Shown here: positions 44,897-55,103 of the stretch, piece after piece
How positions within the stretch are numbered: the stretch's first letter is position 1
How the letters are laid out: each line of letters starts with the position of its first letter
Assembly (NCBI GenBank): GCA_963720755.1
Contig: CAVRGP010000013.1
Coordinates: 128,001-192,000, forward strand
DNA from: an uncultured Chloroflexia bacterium
GTDB taxonomy: Bacteria > Chloroflexota > Limnocylindria > Limnocylindrales > CSP1-4
Reading direction: 5' to 3'
DNA length: 64,000 nucleotides
Notes under the pieces: model-generated
Database searches by the model: none
What the model was told of the DNA's origin: nothing
The model's input: the letters and a program-made list of their open reading frames with translations, nothing else
Translations under genes and position numbers: made by a program

Positions 44897-44943
44897 GCGC
44901 CGGGCTGGCTCCTCGGGCCTGGCCCCCGGGGTCGGCCCGGCGC
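44897..44943 (+). terminator. GC-rich hairpin after the DUF1269-like gene
   Basis: GCGCCGGGCTGGC pairs with GTCGGCCCGGCGC. Confidence 0.45.
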
Positions 44944-44960
44944 TCACCACCTGGCGGTCG

Positions 44961-45006
44961 TTGACGCGCGCCCGGTTAATCCCGATAATCTAACTCGGAA
45001 TTAGAT
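44961..45006 (+). promoter_or_regulatory. Sigma70-type suf promoter with overlapping 19-bp palindrome
   Basis: TTGACG-N17-GATAAT; ATCTAA-CTCGGAA-TTAGAT at 44988-45006. Confidence 0.7.
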
Positions 45007-45066
45007 GCGTTCGAGAACGAGCGCCGCGGGGCCCGCCAGCCCCGCCCGATCACGACCGGAGACCTG

Positions 45067-46470
45067 ATGTCAGCCACTCGCGAGATCGTCACCGACCAGC
45101 GCGACCAATTCGCCTTCCACGACGATATCGCCTACCTCGCCCAGACGAAGCGGGGTCTGACGCGGGCCACGGTCGAGGAGATCAGTGGCTTCAAGAACGA
45201 GCCGGACTGGATGCTCCAGTACCGCCTCCGCGCCTACGAACATTTCCTGAAGCGACCCCTGCCGACCTGGACCGACGGGCTGGACAAGATCGACTTCGAC
45301 AAGATCGTCTACTACCGCAAGCCGTCCGAGCGTGAGGAGCGGTCGTGGGATGACGTCCCGGAGCAGATCAAGGCGACCTTCGAGAAGCTGGGTATCCCGG
45401 AGGCGGAGCGCAAGTTCCTGGCCGGTGTCGGCGCCCAGTACGACAGCGAGGTCGTCTACCACTCGGTCAAGGAAGAGCTCTCCAAGCTCGGGGTCGTGTT
45501 CATGGGCACGGACCAGGCGCTGATCGAGTACCCGGAGATCTTCCGGAAGCACTTCGGCACGGTGGTGCCGGCCGAGGACAACAAGTTCTCCGCGCTCAAT
45601 GCCGCGGTCTGGTCGGGCGGCTCGTTCGTGTACGTGCCCAAGGGCGTCGAGGTCCCGCTCCCGTTGCAGGCGTACTTCCGGATCAACGGCGAGAACACCG
45701 GCCAGTTCGAGCGGACGCTGATCGTGGTCGACGAAGGGGCCAAGGTCCACTACATCGAGGGCTGCACCGCCCCGATCTACGCCACCGAGTCGCTCCATGT
45801 CGCCGTCGTCGAGGTCGTCGCCCTGCCGGGTTCCAAGGTCCGGTACACGACCATCCAGAACTGGTCGAACGATGTCTACAACCTGGTGACCAAGCGGGCG
45901 CACGCGTACGAGAACTCGACGGTCGAATGGATCGACGCCAATACGGGCTCGCGCAAGACGGTGAAGTTTCCCGCGATCTACCTGCGCGGGGAAGGCGCGA
46001 CGGCCGACATCATCAGCGTCGCGGTCGCCGGCAAGGGACAACACCAGGACACTGGCGCCAAGGCGATCCACCTCGCCCCGAACACGCGGTCGCGGATCGT
46101 CAGCAAGTCCGTGTCCAAGGACGGTGGCCGAGCGACCTACCGCGGGCATCTCAAGGTGTCGCCGGGGGCGACCAACGCAGTGGCCAGCGTTCGCTGCGAT
46201 GCCCTGATGATGGACGACATCAGCCGGAGCGACACCTACCCGTACATCGATATCCAGGAAGACGACACCTCGATGACCCACGAGGCGACCGTCGGCAAGG
46301 TGAGTGCGGACCAGGTCTTCTACCTGATGAGTCGTGGTCTGACCGAGAACGAGGCGACCAATCTCATCGTCCAGGGCTTCCTCGAGGTCTTCACCAAGGA
46401 ACTGCCGATGGAGTACGCCATCGAGTTCAACCGCCTCGTCAAACTCGAGATGGAGGGGTCGCTCGGATGA
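45067..46470 (+). CDS. sufB: Fe-S cluster assembly protein SufB
   Basis: GAQYDSE, WSGGSF, GQFERTL, EGCTAP, CDAL, HEAT, KELPMEYA. Confidence 0.96.
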   Translation: MSATREIVTDQRDQFAFHDDIAYLAQTKRGLTRATVEEISGFKNEPDWMLQYRLRAYEHFLKRPLPTWTDGLDKIDFDKIVYYRKPSEREERSWDDVPEQIKATFEKLGIPEAERKFLAGVGAQYDSEVVYHSVKEELSKLGVVFMGTDQALIEYPEIFRKHFGTVVPAEDNKFSALNAAVWSGGSFVYVPKGVEVPLPLQAYFRINGENTGQFERTLIVVDEGAKVHYIEGCTAPIYATESLHVAVVEVVALPGSKVRYTTIQNWSNDVYNLVTKRAHAYENSTVEWIDANTGSRKTVKFPAIYLRGEGATADIISVAVAGKGQHQDTGAKAIHLAPNTRSRIVSKSVSKDGGRATYRGHLKVSPGATNAVASVRCDALMMDDISRSDTYPYIDIQEDDTSMTHEATVGKVSADQVFYLMSRGLTENEATNLIVQGFLEVFTKELPMEYAIEFNRLVKLEMEGSLG

Positions 46471-47852
46471 CGGTCGCGTCACCGCGGCCTAGATCGGGAC
46501 GCGCTGCCCACCAGCGGCCGACCGACTTCACCCTCAAGGTCGACGGATCCGATGTCGAGGCCGTCGCACCGCTCGACGGTGACCCTGAGTGGCTCCGAGC
46601 CGACCGCCGGGCGGCCCATACCGCGTTCGAGGCCCTGCCACCCGAGTCCAACCTCCTGTACACCACGTACATCGACCTCCGCACCGCCCAGCTGGCCGAC
46701 GCGCGGATCACCACATCTGTCCGATCGCAGCCTGCGCCGATCGACCTGCCCGACGGGACCGATGGCCTTCTCCTCGTCGACGAGGGTGACCTCGTGGGCA
46801 CTGCCCTCTCGGAGGACGCGCGGTCGGCCGGTGTCGAACTCACCACGATCGCCGACCTGGCCAAGCGTCGGCCGGAACGGGTGCGCGAGCTCATCGACGG
46901 CGGCTCGACGCTCCCGGCAGATGATCGCTTCGCTCAGCTGACCCGGGCCCTCTGGACCCAGGGCCTCGTGGTGGACGTCCCGGCCGGGGTACGTCTCGCC
47001 CGCCCGATCATCGTCCGCTGGAAGGCGGGTGCCAGCGGTCGGGCCCTCCTGACGCGAACCTTCGTGTCGCTCGGTGACGGCGCAGCGGCAACGATCCTCG
47101 AGGAACTCGTCGGCTCGGAGGCGGCTCGGCCGGACAGTGGCCCATCGTTCCTCGCCGGGACGCTCGAGGTGCGGCTCGGCCGCGACGCGCAGCTATCCCT
47201 GGCAAGCCTCCAGGAGTTGCCGGTCACGACCGTCGCCATCCAGCATCGGAGCGCGATCGTCGGTGAGGCGGCGACCCTCCACTGGGCGCTTGCCCAACTC
47301 GGCTCCAGACTCGTTCGCAGCCGGGTCGACAATCGCCTCGAAGGCGACCGCAGCTCGGTCGAGCAGGTCGAGATCGTGTTCGGCGGTGGCGACCAGCTGT
47401 TCGACCTGACGTCCTACACGCACCACCTGGGTCGGGATACGACGGGCAACCTGCTGTCGAAGGGCGCCCTGCTCGATCGGGCTCGGTCGTTCATGAAGGG
47501 CATGATCGTCATCGACCGGTCGGCGGTCGGCACGGACAGCTTCCTCGGTGAATTCGGGATGAACCTCTCGAAGGCCACTCGCTCGGTCGCGATCCCGAGC
47601 CTCGAGATCGACCAGCCCGATTGTCGACGCGCGATGCACGCGAGCTCCGTCGGCCCGATCGACGAGACCCAGGTCTTCTACCTCGAGAGCCGGGGGATCC
47701 CTCGTGACGAGGCACGCAAGTTCATCGTCCTCGGCTTCCTCGAGCCGGTCGTCGCGCGGGTCCCGGTCGCCGACGCCCAGGAGCGGCTGCGCGACCTGCT
47801 CGAAGCCAGGTGGGACGCCAGCGCCGGTGGCGGGCCCGACGCCGCCGCGTGA
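46467..47852 (+). CDS. sufD: Fe-S cluster assembly protein SufD
   Basis: IPSLEI, HASSVG, FYLESRGI; ATGA-coupled to sufB. Confidence 0.9.
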   Translation: MTVASPRPRSGRAAHQRPTDFTLKVDGSDVEAVAPLDGDPEWLRADRRAAHTAFEALPPESNLLYTTYIDLRTAQLADARITTSVRSQPAPIDLPDGTDGLLLVDEGDLVGTALSEDARSAGVELTTIADLAKRRPERVRELIDGGSTLPADDRFAQLTRALWTQGLVVDVPAGVRLARPIIVRWKAGASGRALLTRTFVSLGDGAAATILEELVGSEAARPDSGPSFLAGTLEVRLGRDAQLSLASLQELPVTTVAIQHRSAIVGEAATLHWALAQLGSRLVRSRVDNRLEGDRSSVEQVEIVFGGGDQLFDLTSYTHHLGRDTTGNLLSKGALLDRARSFMKGMIVIDRSAVGTDSFLGEFGMNLSKATRSVAIPSLEIDQPDCRRAMHASSVGPIDETQVFYLESRGIPRDEARKFIVLGFLEPVVARVPVADAQERLRDLLEARWDASAGGGPDAAA

Positions 47853-48184
47853 GACGGATCGACCTGCTGGGGGTCGACGAGGTCCCCCTCGGCACGATGA
47901 AGATGGCCTGGGTGGATGGCACCGACCAGGTCCTCGTGGTCAACTCGAACGGTGATCTGGCCGCCGTGCAGGGGATCTGCAGCCACGAATACTCGGAGCT
48001 CGACCGGGGCTTCCTGACGGCCGGGACCCTCACCTGCGCACTGCACCTGTCGCGGTTCGACCTTGACAACGGCGAGCCACTCGACCCTCCGGCCGAGCTC
48101 CCGCTGGCCGTCTACGACGTCGTGATCGAGGGCGACCGGATCCTCATCGAGGTCCCGGACGGTCCGCTCGAAGTCAACGATTGA
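47849..48184 (+). CDS. Rieske-type ferredoxin
   Basis: CSH...CALH, SRFDL; GTGA-coupled to sufD. Confidence 0.88.
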   Translation: MRRIDLLGVDEVPLGTMKMAWVDGTDQVLVVNSNGDLAAVQGICSHEYSELDRGFLTAGTLTCALHLSRFDLDNGEPLDPPAELPLAVYDVVIEGDRILIEVPDGPLEVND

Positions 48185-48230
48185 CCAGGGACGCGACGCT
48201 ACCCGGCGCCCCGACGCGGAGGGTTGACCC

Positions 48231-49238
48231 TCAGCTCGCGAGAAGTGTCCCGAGCCCCAACGTCTCGGCCCGGCGGAGGATCGCCGCCCCGAAGATGACG
48301 TCGGCCAACCCGACGCCGAGAGCCGTCACAACGACCCGGCCACGGTCGGGTCGCTGCGTCCCGGCGATCAGCGCCTCGCCGAGAGTCGCGGTCGGGTCCG
48401 GGTAGCCCTCGAACAGGCCGGCTGCCCGGTTCGCCTCGAATTGGCGCGCCTCGTCCACGAGGAAGAGGCTCGCCCCGCGGGCCACGTCGGCACTGCAATA
48501 GGTCGCGTAATCGACCGGTACGACCAATGCCTCGCTGGTCAGCCAGTCTTCGGTCATGACCTGGCGGGTCGGTCCGAACGAGGCCGCGGTCACGACCACA
48601 TCGGCCCCTGCCACGGCGATCCGAGCGTCCGACGCGACCGACACACTGCCGATGCCCTCGGTGGCTCGCGCCTCCGCCGCCAGCGCACCGGCTCTCTCCG
48701 GGTGCCGGTCGAACAGGGTCACGTCCACGCCCGGCAGCGTATGGGCAAGCACGGCAACGTGGCTGCGTCCCTGGACGCCCGCGCCGATCATGGCCACGCG
48801 CGATCGGCGGCCCGAGACCCTGGGAGCGAAGTGGCGGATCGCGACCCCCGAAACGGCGGCCGTCCGTTGGGCCGTGATCGGACCTCCGTCGAGGATCGCC
48901 ATCGGCACACCCGTGGAGGCGTCATTCAGGATGACGACCGCGTTGACGGCAGGCAAGCCGATGGCGTTGTTGGTCGCGTAGCCGGCGACCCACTTCATCC
49001 CCACCAGGTCATCCCGACCCGACGCATCCGCGCCGCGAAGGTGCGCCGGCATCGCATGGGCGAACGAACCGTCCGGTCGTGGATGGACACCGATCTTGGC
49101 CGGTAGTTCCGCCCCGCTCGCGAGTGCCGTCATCGTCCGCTCGGCGAGCGTCAGACGTTCACCGATATCGGGCATCGCCGCCAGGACATCGGCCGCGGTG
49201 AGGTACCGGATGGGCGGCGCCGTCGGTCGATCTGGCAC
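48231..49238 (-). CDS. Ornithine cyclodeaminase / mu-crystallin family protein
   Basis: AMPA, GMKWV, TAQRTAA, GAGVQG, GVGLAD. Confidence 0.87.
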   Translation of the reverse strand: MPDRPTAPPIRYLTAADVLAAMPDIGERLTLAERTMTALASGAELPAKIGVHPRPDGSFAHAMPAHLRGADASGRDDLVGMKWVAGYATNNAIGLPAVNAVVILNDASTGVPMAILDGGPITAQRTAAVSGVAIRHFAPRVSGRRSRVAMIGAGVQGRSHVAVLAHTLPGVDVTLFDRHPERAGALAAEARATEGIGSVSVASDARIAVAGADVVVTAASFGPTRQVMTEDWLTSEALVVPVDYATYCSADVARGASLFLVDEARQFEANRAAGLFEGYPDPTATLGEALIAGTQRPDRGRVVVTALGVGLADVIFGAAILRRAETLGLGTLLAS

Positions 49239-49288
49239 CCAGCGAGTCTACCCGCGGGCGATGACCTACGATGCATCGCGTGGCGCCC

Positions 49289-50461
49289 ATGGACATCGAC
49301 CAAAGCCTCGACAACCTCAAGCTGGAACGTGACGCGATCGTCCTGTACGACGCCTTGTCGACGATGGAACGCGATCCGCATCGAGCGGAGGCATTCAAGC
49401 GGATCGCCGCCAACGAACGCCGGCATGCCGACATCTGGGCGGGCAAGCTGCGCGAGCTCGGTGCGGACGTGCCGGCACCCGGCCGGGCGCGCCTGCAGGT
49501 CCGACTGATCATCCTGGCGGCTCGCGTGCTCGGTACGGCCGCGGTGGCAGAGATGGTGAAGTCCCTGGAAGGCGACGAGGAGGCAACGTACGAATCGCAG
49601 GGCGGCTCGCCGGAGATCGCTGCGATCGCGGCCGACGAGCGGGAGCATGCGGTCATCTGGGACCGTCTCAAGGCCGGCGAGCAACTCGACGAGATGGATG
49701 CGCGCGGTCGCGATGGCGTCGCGGCCGCTCGTCGCGCCTCGAGCGCGGCCGAGGTGGGCAGCAGCGAATCGTGGCATCGGACCGGGTCGCGGTCCGGCAC
49801 GCTGCGAGCGATCATCTTCGGCGTCAGCGACGGGCTCGTGAGCAACCTCTCCCTGGTCATGGGCGTCGCCGGCGCCGCCTCCGACAAACCCGGGTTCGTC
49901 CTCCTCGCGGGTGTCGCCGGCCTCCTCGCCGGAGCGTTCAGCATGGCGGCCGGCGAATACATCTCGATGCAGAGTCAGCGCGAGTTGTTCGAGCGCCAGA
50001 TCGCCCTTGAGCGCGCGGAGATGGAGGCGATGCCCGAGGAAGAGGAGGCAGAGCTCGCGGCCGCATATCGGGCCAAAGGGTTTGCCCAGGACGAGGCGGC
50101 CCGGATCGCCCACCACATCTTCCAGGACCCGGAGACGGCACTCGACACGCTTGTCCGTGAGGAACTCGGTCTCGATCCCGACGAACTCGGCTCACCGTGG
50201 GCCGCAGCGGGTGGGTCGTTCGTCGCGTTCGCGATCGGGGCGATCATCCCGGTCATCCCATTCCTGTTCGGCAGTGGCACCGCCGTTCTGCTGGTCAGCC
50301 TCGGGCTGAGTCTCATCGCCCTCTTCGCGGTCGGTGCCGCGGTGAGCTTGCTGACCGGTCGCGGGATGCTGTTCTCCGGCGCCCGGCAACTCGGGATCGG
50401 GCTGGCGGCGGCGCTCGTTACCTACGCGATCGGGTCCATCCTCGGCGTGGCGGCCGGCTGA
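49289..50461 (+). CDS. Rubrerythrin/ferritin-like plus VIT1/CCC1 fusion (MbfA-like iron exporter)
   Basis: ExxH motifs (ERRH, EREH) followed by FGVSDGL, SMAAGEY, REELG. Confidence 0.88.
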   Translation: MDIDQSLDNLKLERDAIVLYDALSTMERDPHRAEAFKRIAANERRHADIWAGKLRELGADVPAPGRARLQVRLIILAARVLGTAAVAEMVKSLEGDEEATYESQGGSPEIAAIAADEREHAVIWDRLKAGEQLDEMDARGRDGVAAARRASSAAEVGSSESWHRTGSRSGTLRAIIFGVSDGLVSNLSLVMGVAGAASDKPGFVLLAGVAGLLAGAFSMAAGEYISMQSQRELFERQIALERAEMEAMPEEEEAELAAAYRAKGFAQDEAARIAHHIFQDPETALDTLVREELGLDPDELGSPWAAAGGSFVAFAIGAIIPVIPFLFGSGTAVLLVSLGLSLIALFAVGAAVSLLTGRGMLFSGARQLGIGLAAALVTYAIGSILGVAAG

Positions 50462-50464
50462 GCC

Positions 50465-50770
50465 ATGTCGGATGTGCTCGGTCGGCTCCACGCGGAGGGC
50501 CTCGACCCGACCAGTTGGTCGAACGGTCCGGGGGACCGCTATCCGGGCCACGACCACGCCTATGACAAGGTCATCGTGGTCGATCGCGGATCGATCACCT
50601 TCGGAACCCCGGACGGGCCATTGGATCTTGCCGTCGGTGACCGCCTCGACCTTCCGGCCGGGACACGTCACGACGCCGTCGTCGGTGCCGCCGGAGTCGT
50701 CTGCCTGGAGGCGCACCGGCCACCCGGGACCCTGTCCGGGGCGGCGGTCCGGCGTGCCGGCACGTGGTGA
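50465..50770 (+). CDS. Small cupin protein
   Basis: HDHAYDK, GDRLDLPAGTRH. Confidence 0.8.
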   Translation: MSDVLGRLHAEGLDPTSWSNGPGDRYPGHDHAYDKVIVVDRGSITFGTPDGPLDLAVGDRLDLPAGTRHDAVVGAAGVVCLEAHRPPGTLSGAAVRRAGTW

Positions 50771-50798
50771 GCGCTCGGACCGACCCGGATCTCGAGGC

Positions 50799-51128
50799 TC
50801 AGCCTCCGTCCGCGTCGGCCAGTCCTGCGTCCTCGGCCCGGTTCGTCTGGCCGCTCGGGTCAGCCGCGTCGGGTGGGTCGGCCACGGGATCGGGCGGGAC
50901 GGCGTCCAGATAGGCGCGGTGCATGATCAGGAGGCGCTCGGCCGCCTCCGGACTGACGTCATAGCCATCCTCGGCCAGCGTCGCTGACAGCCACAGCGCC
51001 TCGCGGGGTCGCTCGAATGCATCGACGTCCGCTTCGCGGCGGCGCGAATCGATGATCACCATCCAGACGAGCCCGGCCCCGACGACCAGCCCGACGATGA
51101 GCAGCCAGACATTGAACTCGGCATTCAT
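50799..51128 (-). CDS. Hypothetical single-TM protein
   Basis: N-terminal TM helix; TATACT upstream. Confidence 0.65.
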   Translation of the reverse strand: MNAEFNVWLLIVGLVVGAGLVWMVIIDSRRREADVDAFERPREALWLSATLAEDGYDVSPEAAERLLIMHRAYLDAVPPDPVADPPDAADPSGQTNRAEDAGLADADGG

Positions 51129-51169
51129 CCGGGGCGAAGTATACGGACGATCGCCGCTACACTCCCGGG

Positions 51170-52216
51170 ATGCTCGACTTCATGCCGGACCCGATCGCGA
51201 TCCAGCTCGGCCCGGTACCGGTGTATTGGTACGGGATCGGGTATGCCGTCGGGCTCGCGGCGGCGTTCTTCGTGATGGTCAAGCTCGCCAGGCGAGCCGG
51301 AGAAGACGCCGAGATCCTGGGCAACGGGATCATCATCGTGGCCGTCGCCGCCCTCATCGGCGGACGCGCCTATCACGTCATCGACCAATGGGTCCTGTAC
51401 AAGGACGATCCGATCAAGATCTTCCTTCCGCCGTACACCGGGCTGGGGGTCTATGGCGGGATCATCACCGGAACGATCGCGGCATGGCTGTATGCCCGGT
51501 ACAAGCGAGTCCCGTTCCTGCGCTGGGCGGATATCGTCGCGCCCGGACTGTTCACGATGCAGGCCGTCGCTCGGTGGGGCAACTTCTTCAATCAGGAGCT
51601 GTATGGCACGCCGACGACGTTGCCCTGGGGTATCCCGATCGATTGCGCCCATCGGATCACGGGGGCGACCTTCGACTACTCGTGTGACGTCCTGCCCGAG
51701 ACGGCCCGATTCCACCCGCTCTTCCTGTACGAGTCGTTGTCTGGTGTGCTCGGTGCGTTGTTCCTGATCTGGCTCGGGTACCGTTTCCGCAAGCGGCTCC
51801 GCCCGGGTGACCTGCTGCTCGTCTTCTTCATCTGGTACGGCGTGGTCCGGTTCGCGCTCGAAACGTTCAGGGAGGGGAACTGGACGTTCTTCGGCGTCCC
51901 GACGGCCCAGGTCGTGTCGATCCTGTTCATCGTCCCAGCCCTGATCGTACTGGCCTGGCGTCACCGGCCGGACCACCCGCTCGACGATCCGGCCAGTCGG
52001 CCTGAAGTCGCGACCTGGGGCGCCCTGGGTCGCCCCGTGGAGCCGTCGGACGAGTCAGACGACGACGAGTTCGACGACTCCGACGACGATGGGGACGACG
52101 AGGTCGGTGACGACGCGGACCACGCCGACCAGGACGCCGACGAGGCCGCCGGCACCGACCGCTCGACCGACGACGAACCGGACGGGGACGACCCGCTCGA
52201 CGCGCCCACGACCTGA
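51170..52216 (+). CDS. lgt: Prolipoprotein diacylglyceryl transferase with acidic C-terminal tail
   Basis: WYG, RWGNFFNQELYG, HPLFLYE, RFALETFR. Confidence 0.93.
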   Translation: MLDFMPDPIAIQLGPVPVYWYGIGYAVGLAAAFFVMVKLARRAGEDAEILGNGIIIVAVAALIGGRAYHVIDQWVLYKDDPIKIFLPPYTGLGVYGGIITGTIAAWLYARYKRVPFLRWADIVAPGLFTMQAVARWGNFFNQELYGTPTTLPWGIPIDCAHRITGATFDYSCDVLPETARFHPLFLYESLSGVLGALFLIWLGYRFRKRLRPGDLLLVFFIWYGVVRFALETFREGNWTFFGVPTAQVVSILFIVPALIVLAWRHRPDHPLDDPASRPEVATWGALGRPVEPSDESDDDEFDDSDDDGDDEVGDDADHADQDADEAAGTDRSTDDEPDGDDPLDAPTT

Positions 52217-52217
52217 G

Positions 52218-53087
52218 GTGACCGAGCCCCGGCGCGTTCGGCCGCCCGCTGGGCGCGTCGCTCCGGAGGCGATGGCTGCTCGACGTGGCAGCGCTCTGGA
52301 AGGCCTTGCCTGGCTGGACCGGCCGCCCGAAGCGGCGGCGTCCCGGCTGTATCGGCTGCTCCGGTATCTGGCCAGGTTCGCGATCTTCGGCGTGTTCAGG
52401 ATGAGGATCCGGACGTCCGGGCAGGAGCACTTGCCGGCGGGCGGGTACTTCCTCGTCGGTGCCGCCCATCGAGGCTGGATGGACCCGTTCCTCGTGATGC
52501 ATGCGCTGCCGGTCGAGCCACGCTGCTGGTTCCTCGGAAGCGCACCGTCGACCTTCACCGCACGCTGGCGTGAAGTCCTGATCCATCGCCTGGGCGGTCT
52601 GTTGCCGGTCTGGCGTGGCGGGATCGGTGTCGATCAGCACGTCGCCTCGGCTCGCGCCGTCATCGCCAACGGTGCCGTCTTCGCCCAGATGCCGGAGGGG
52701 ACGATCAGCGGGCCCGTCGGACGGATCGGGCCGTTCCGCCCGGGCTGGGCGGTCATCGCGCTGCGGGTCGACGCCCCGATCGTTCCGCTTGCGATGGCTG
52801 GCTCCGAAGAGCTCTACATCGGCCGTCGGCTCGCGTCGCGCGTCCTGCCGGTCATTTCGGTCCGCACCCTGGCCGGGTTGGAGCGGGACGAGGCACTCCC
52901 GGACCCGGGCACTCGGGAGGAACTGGAACTCGCTCGGCGGATGAGCGACGCGCTGGCGGCGATCCTCGGTCCGGCCGTCGAATCGATCCATCCCTGGACG
53001 GTCGACCCGCCGGACCACCCCCGTCGCCTCCGGCGGCGACTGACCTGGCTGCTCCTCGGTCCGGGCCCGGTCGACCGCGGTACCTGA
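52218..53087 (+). CDS. Lysophospholipid acyltransferase (PlsC family); start uncertain
   Basis: HRGWMD (HX4D), PEGT, PIVP. Confidence 0.82.
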   Translation: MTEPRRVRPPAGRVAPEAMAARRGSALEGLAWLDRPPEAAASRLYRLLRYLARFAIFGVFRMRIRTSGQEHLPAGGYFLVGAAHRGWMDPFLVMHALPVEPRCWFLGSAPSTFTARWREVLIHRLGGLLPVWRGGIGVDQHVASARAVIANGAVFAQMPEGTISGPVGRIGPFRPGWAVIALRVDAPIVPLAMAGSEELYIGRRLASRVLPVISVRTLAGLERDEALPDPGTREELELARRMSDALAAILGPAVESIHPWTVDPPDHPRRLRRRLTWLLLGPGPVDRGT

Positions 53088-53130
53088 TCCCGACCCGCCG
53101 GCCGTCCCGGCGCACGGTATCCTCGCCACG

Positions 53131-54549
53131 ATGCAGTACGCGGAGTCGATCCTCGATCTCGTCGGCCACACCCCGCTGGTGCGGATCTCGCGTCTGACTC
53201 GCGATCTCGGGCCGGTCGACCGCCAGCCTCTGGTCCTGGCCAAGCTGGAGATGCTCAACCCGGGCGGATCGGTCAAGGACCGGATCGGGTTGCCGATGAT
53301 CGAGGCAGCCGAACGGTCCGGCCTGCTCAAGCCCGGCGGGACGATCATCGAACCGACATCGGGCAATACCGGTCACGGCCTGGCGATCGCTGCGGCGCTC
53401 AAGGGCTACCGGTGCATCTTCGTCATGGCCGACAAGCAGTCTTCGGAAAAGCAGCAGTTGCTTCGGGCGTATGGCGCGGAAGTCGTGCTCTGTCCGACCA
53501 ACGTCGCGCCCGAGTCGCCGGAGAGCTACTACTCGGTCGCGGCCCGGCTGGCCCGGGACATCCCCGGTGCGTTCAAGCCCGATCAGTACTGGAACATGGA
53601 GAACCCGGCCGCGCACGAGAGGACCACCGGCCCGGAGATCTGGGACGAGACGGACGGCCGGGTGACCCATTTCGTGGCCGGGGCCGGGACGGGGGGCACG
53701 ATCAGCGGCGTGGCCCGGGCCCTGAAACACCGGAACGCGGCGATCCAGGTGATCGGCGCGGACCCCGAGGGCAGTGTCCTTTCGGGCGATACCGCCCGCC
53801 CGTACCTGACCGAGGGCGTCGGCGAGGACTTCATGCCGGGCACCTACGATCCGACCCTCGTCGATCGGTGGGTGCGGGTGAGCGACAGGGAGTCGTTCGC
53901 GATGGCGCGCCGGCTGACTCGCGAAGAGGGGATCCTGTCGGGTGGCTCGTGCGGGACCGCGATGGTCGCCGCGCTCGAGGTGGCCCGGGATCTGGTGAGC
54001 CTTCCCGACGGTCGAGACGCGGTCATCGTGGTCCTGCTGCCCGACAGCGGCCGGAGCTATCTGTCCAAGGTCTACAACGATGAATGGATGCGGGTCAACG
54101 GTCTGCTGGCCACGACCGGGGCCGTCGTCCGGGTCGGCGATCTCCTGGCTGAACGACACCACACCGGACCCCTTCCGAACCTGGTCCTTGCTCGCACGAC
54201 CCAGCGTGTCGGCGACGCGATCGCGATCCTCCAGGAGTACGGCATCAGCCAGCTCCCGGTCTCCGAGCAGCCCGACGGTGACGCCATCGAGGGCATCGTC
54301 GGATCGATCACCGAGCGGGGACTGCTCGATCGAGCCTTCCGTGATCCGGCGATCGTCGAGCGCACCGTCGGCGAGGTCATGGATCACACTCTGCCCGTCA
54401 TCGACGTGGGCGCGAGCCTGGACGAGGCCTTCGGCCTGCTGTCAGGTGAGACGTCGGCGGTCATCGCCGTCCGTGGCGACCGTCCCGTGGGCGTCGTGAC
54501 CAAGCTGGATATGCTCGAGTATCTCGCCCACCGGCCCGGGCACGGATGA
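53131..54549 (+). CDS. cbs: Cystathionine beta-synthase with C-terminal CBS pair
   Basis: NPGGSVKDR, PTSGNTG, GTGGT, PDSGRSYLSK, CBS domains. Confidence 0.93.
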   Translation: MQYAESILDLVGHTPLVRISRLTRDLGPVDRQPLVLAKLEMLNPGGSVKDRIGLPMIEAAERSGLLKPGGTIIEPTSGNTGHGLAIAAALKGYRCIFVMADKQSSEKQQLLRAYGAEVVLCPTNVAPESPESYYSVAARLARDIPGAFKPDQYWNMENPAAHERTTGPEIWDETDGRVTHFVAGAGTGGTISGVARALKHRNAAIQVIGADPEGSVLSGDTARPYLTEGVGEDFMPGTYDPTLVDRWVRVSDRESFAMARRLTREEGILSGGSCGTAMVAALEVARDLVSLPDGRDAVIVVLLPDSGRSYLSKVYNDEWMRVNGLLATTGAVVRVGDLLAERHHTGPLPNLVLARTTQRVGDAIAILQEYGISQLPVSEQPDGDAIEGIVGSITERGLLDRAFRDPAIVERTVGEVMDHTLPVIDVGASLDEAFGLLSGETSAVIAVRGDRPVGVVTKLDMLEYLAHRPGHG

Positions 54550-55103
54550 CCGTCCCCCCGATCCGAACGGCTCGGTTCGAACTCGTGTCGATGTCGATGG
54601 CGTTCATGCAGGCGCTGGTCGCCCGCGATCTGCCAGCCGCCGAGGTCGAGATCGGCGCCATCGTCCCGGACGACCTGCCCGAAACCCTCGATCACTTCCT
54701 GCAGTACCGCATCGCCGACATGACCGCGGATCCTGCGGCCCGACCGTGGCTGGGCCGGGCCATCGTCACCGAAGCGCCAGACGGAACGCGACGGATCGTC
54801 GGGTCATGCGGGTTCCACTCGCCGCCCGAGCCGGACGGTCGGGTCGAGGTCGGCTATCGGGTCGAGCCCGGTCATCGCCGTCAGGGCATCGCTTCCGAGG
54901 TCGTCCGCGCGCTCTTCGACTGGGCGCACGAGCAGGGGGTCGACCGCTTCCGCGCGTCCGTCTCGCCGGACAACGTGGCGTCGCTGGCGGTCATCGGCCG
55001 GCTCGGCTTCCGGCAGACCGGCGTCCAGATGGACGACATCGACGGCGAAGAGCTCGTGTTCGAGCTCGATGGCTGGCCACCAGCGGACACCGACGATGCC
55101 TGA
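54546..55103 (+). CDS. GNAT N-acetyltransferase (RimJ/RimL type)
   Basis: EVGY, RRQGIASE, NVAS..LGF. Confidence 0.85.
   Translation: MTVPPIRTARFELVSMSMAFMQALVARDLPAAEVEIGAIVPDDLPETLDHFLQYRIADMTADPAARPWLGRAIVTEAPDGTRRIVGSCGFHSPPEPDGRVEVGYRVEPGHRRQGIASEVVRALFDWAHEQGVDRFRASVSPDNVASLAVIGRLGFRQTGVQMDDIDGEELVFELDGWPPADTDDA

Noticed and set aside
45070-46482. 470-aa antisense ORF over sufB, and similar long antisense ORFs over pckA, cbs, PFOR and the hydrogenase
   Set aside because: Codon-register mirror ORFs typical of GC-rich genes
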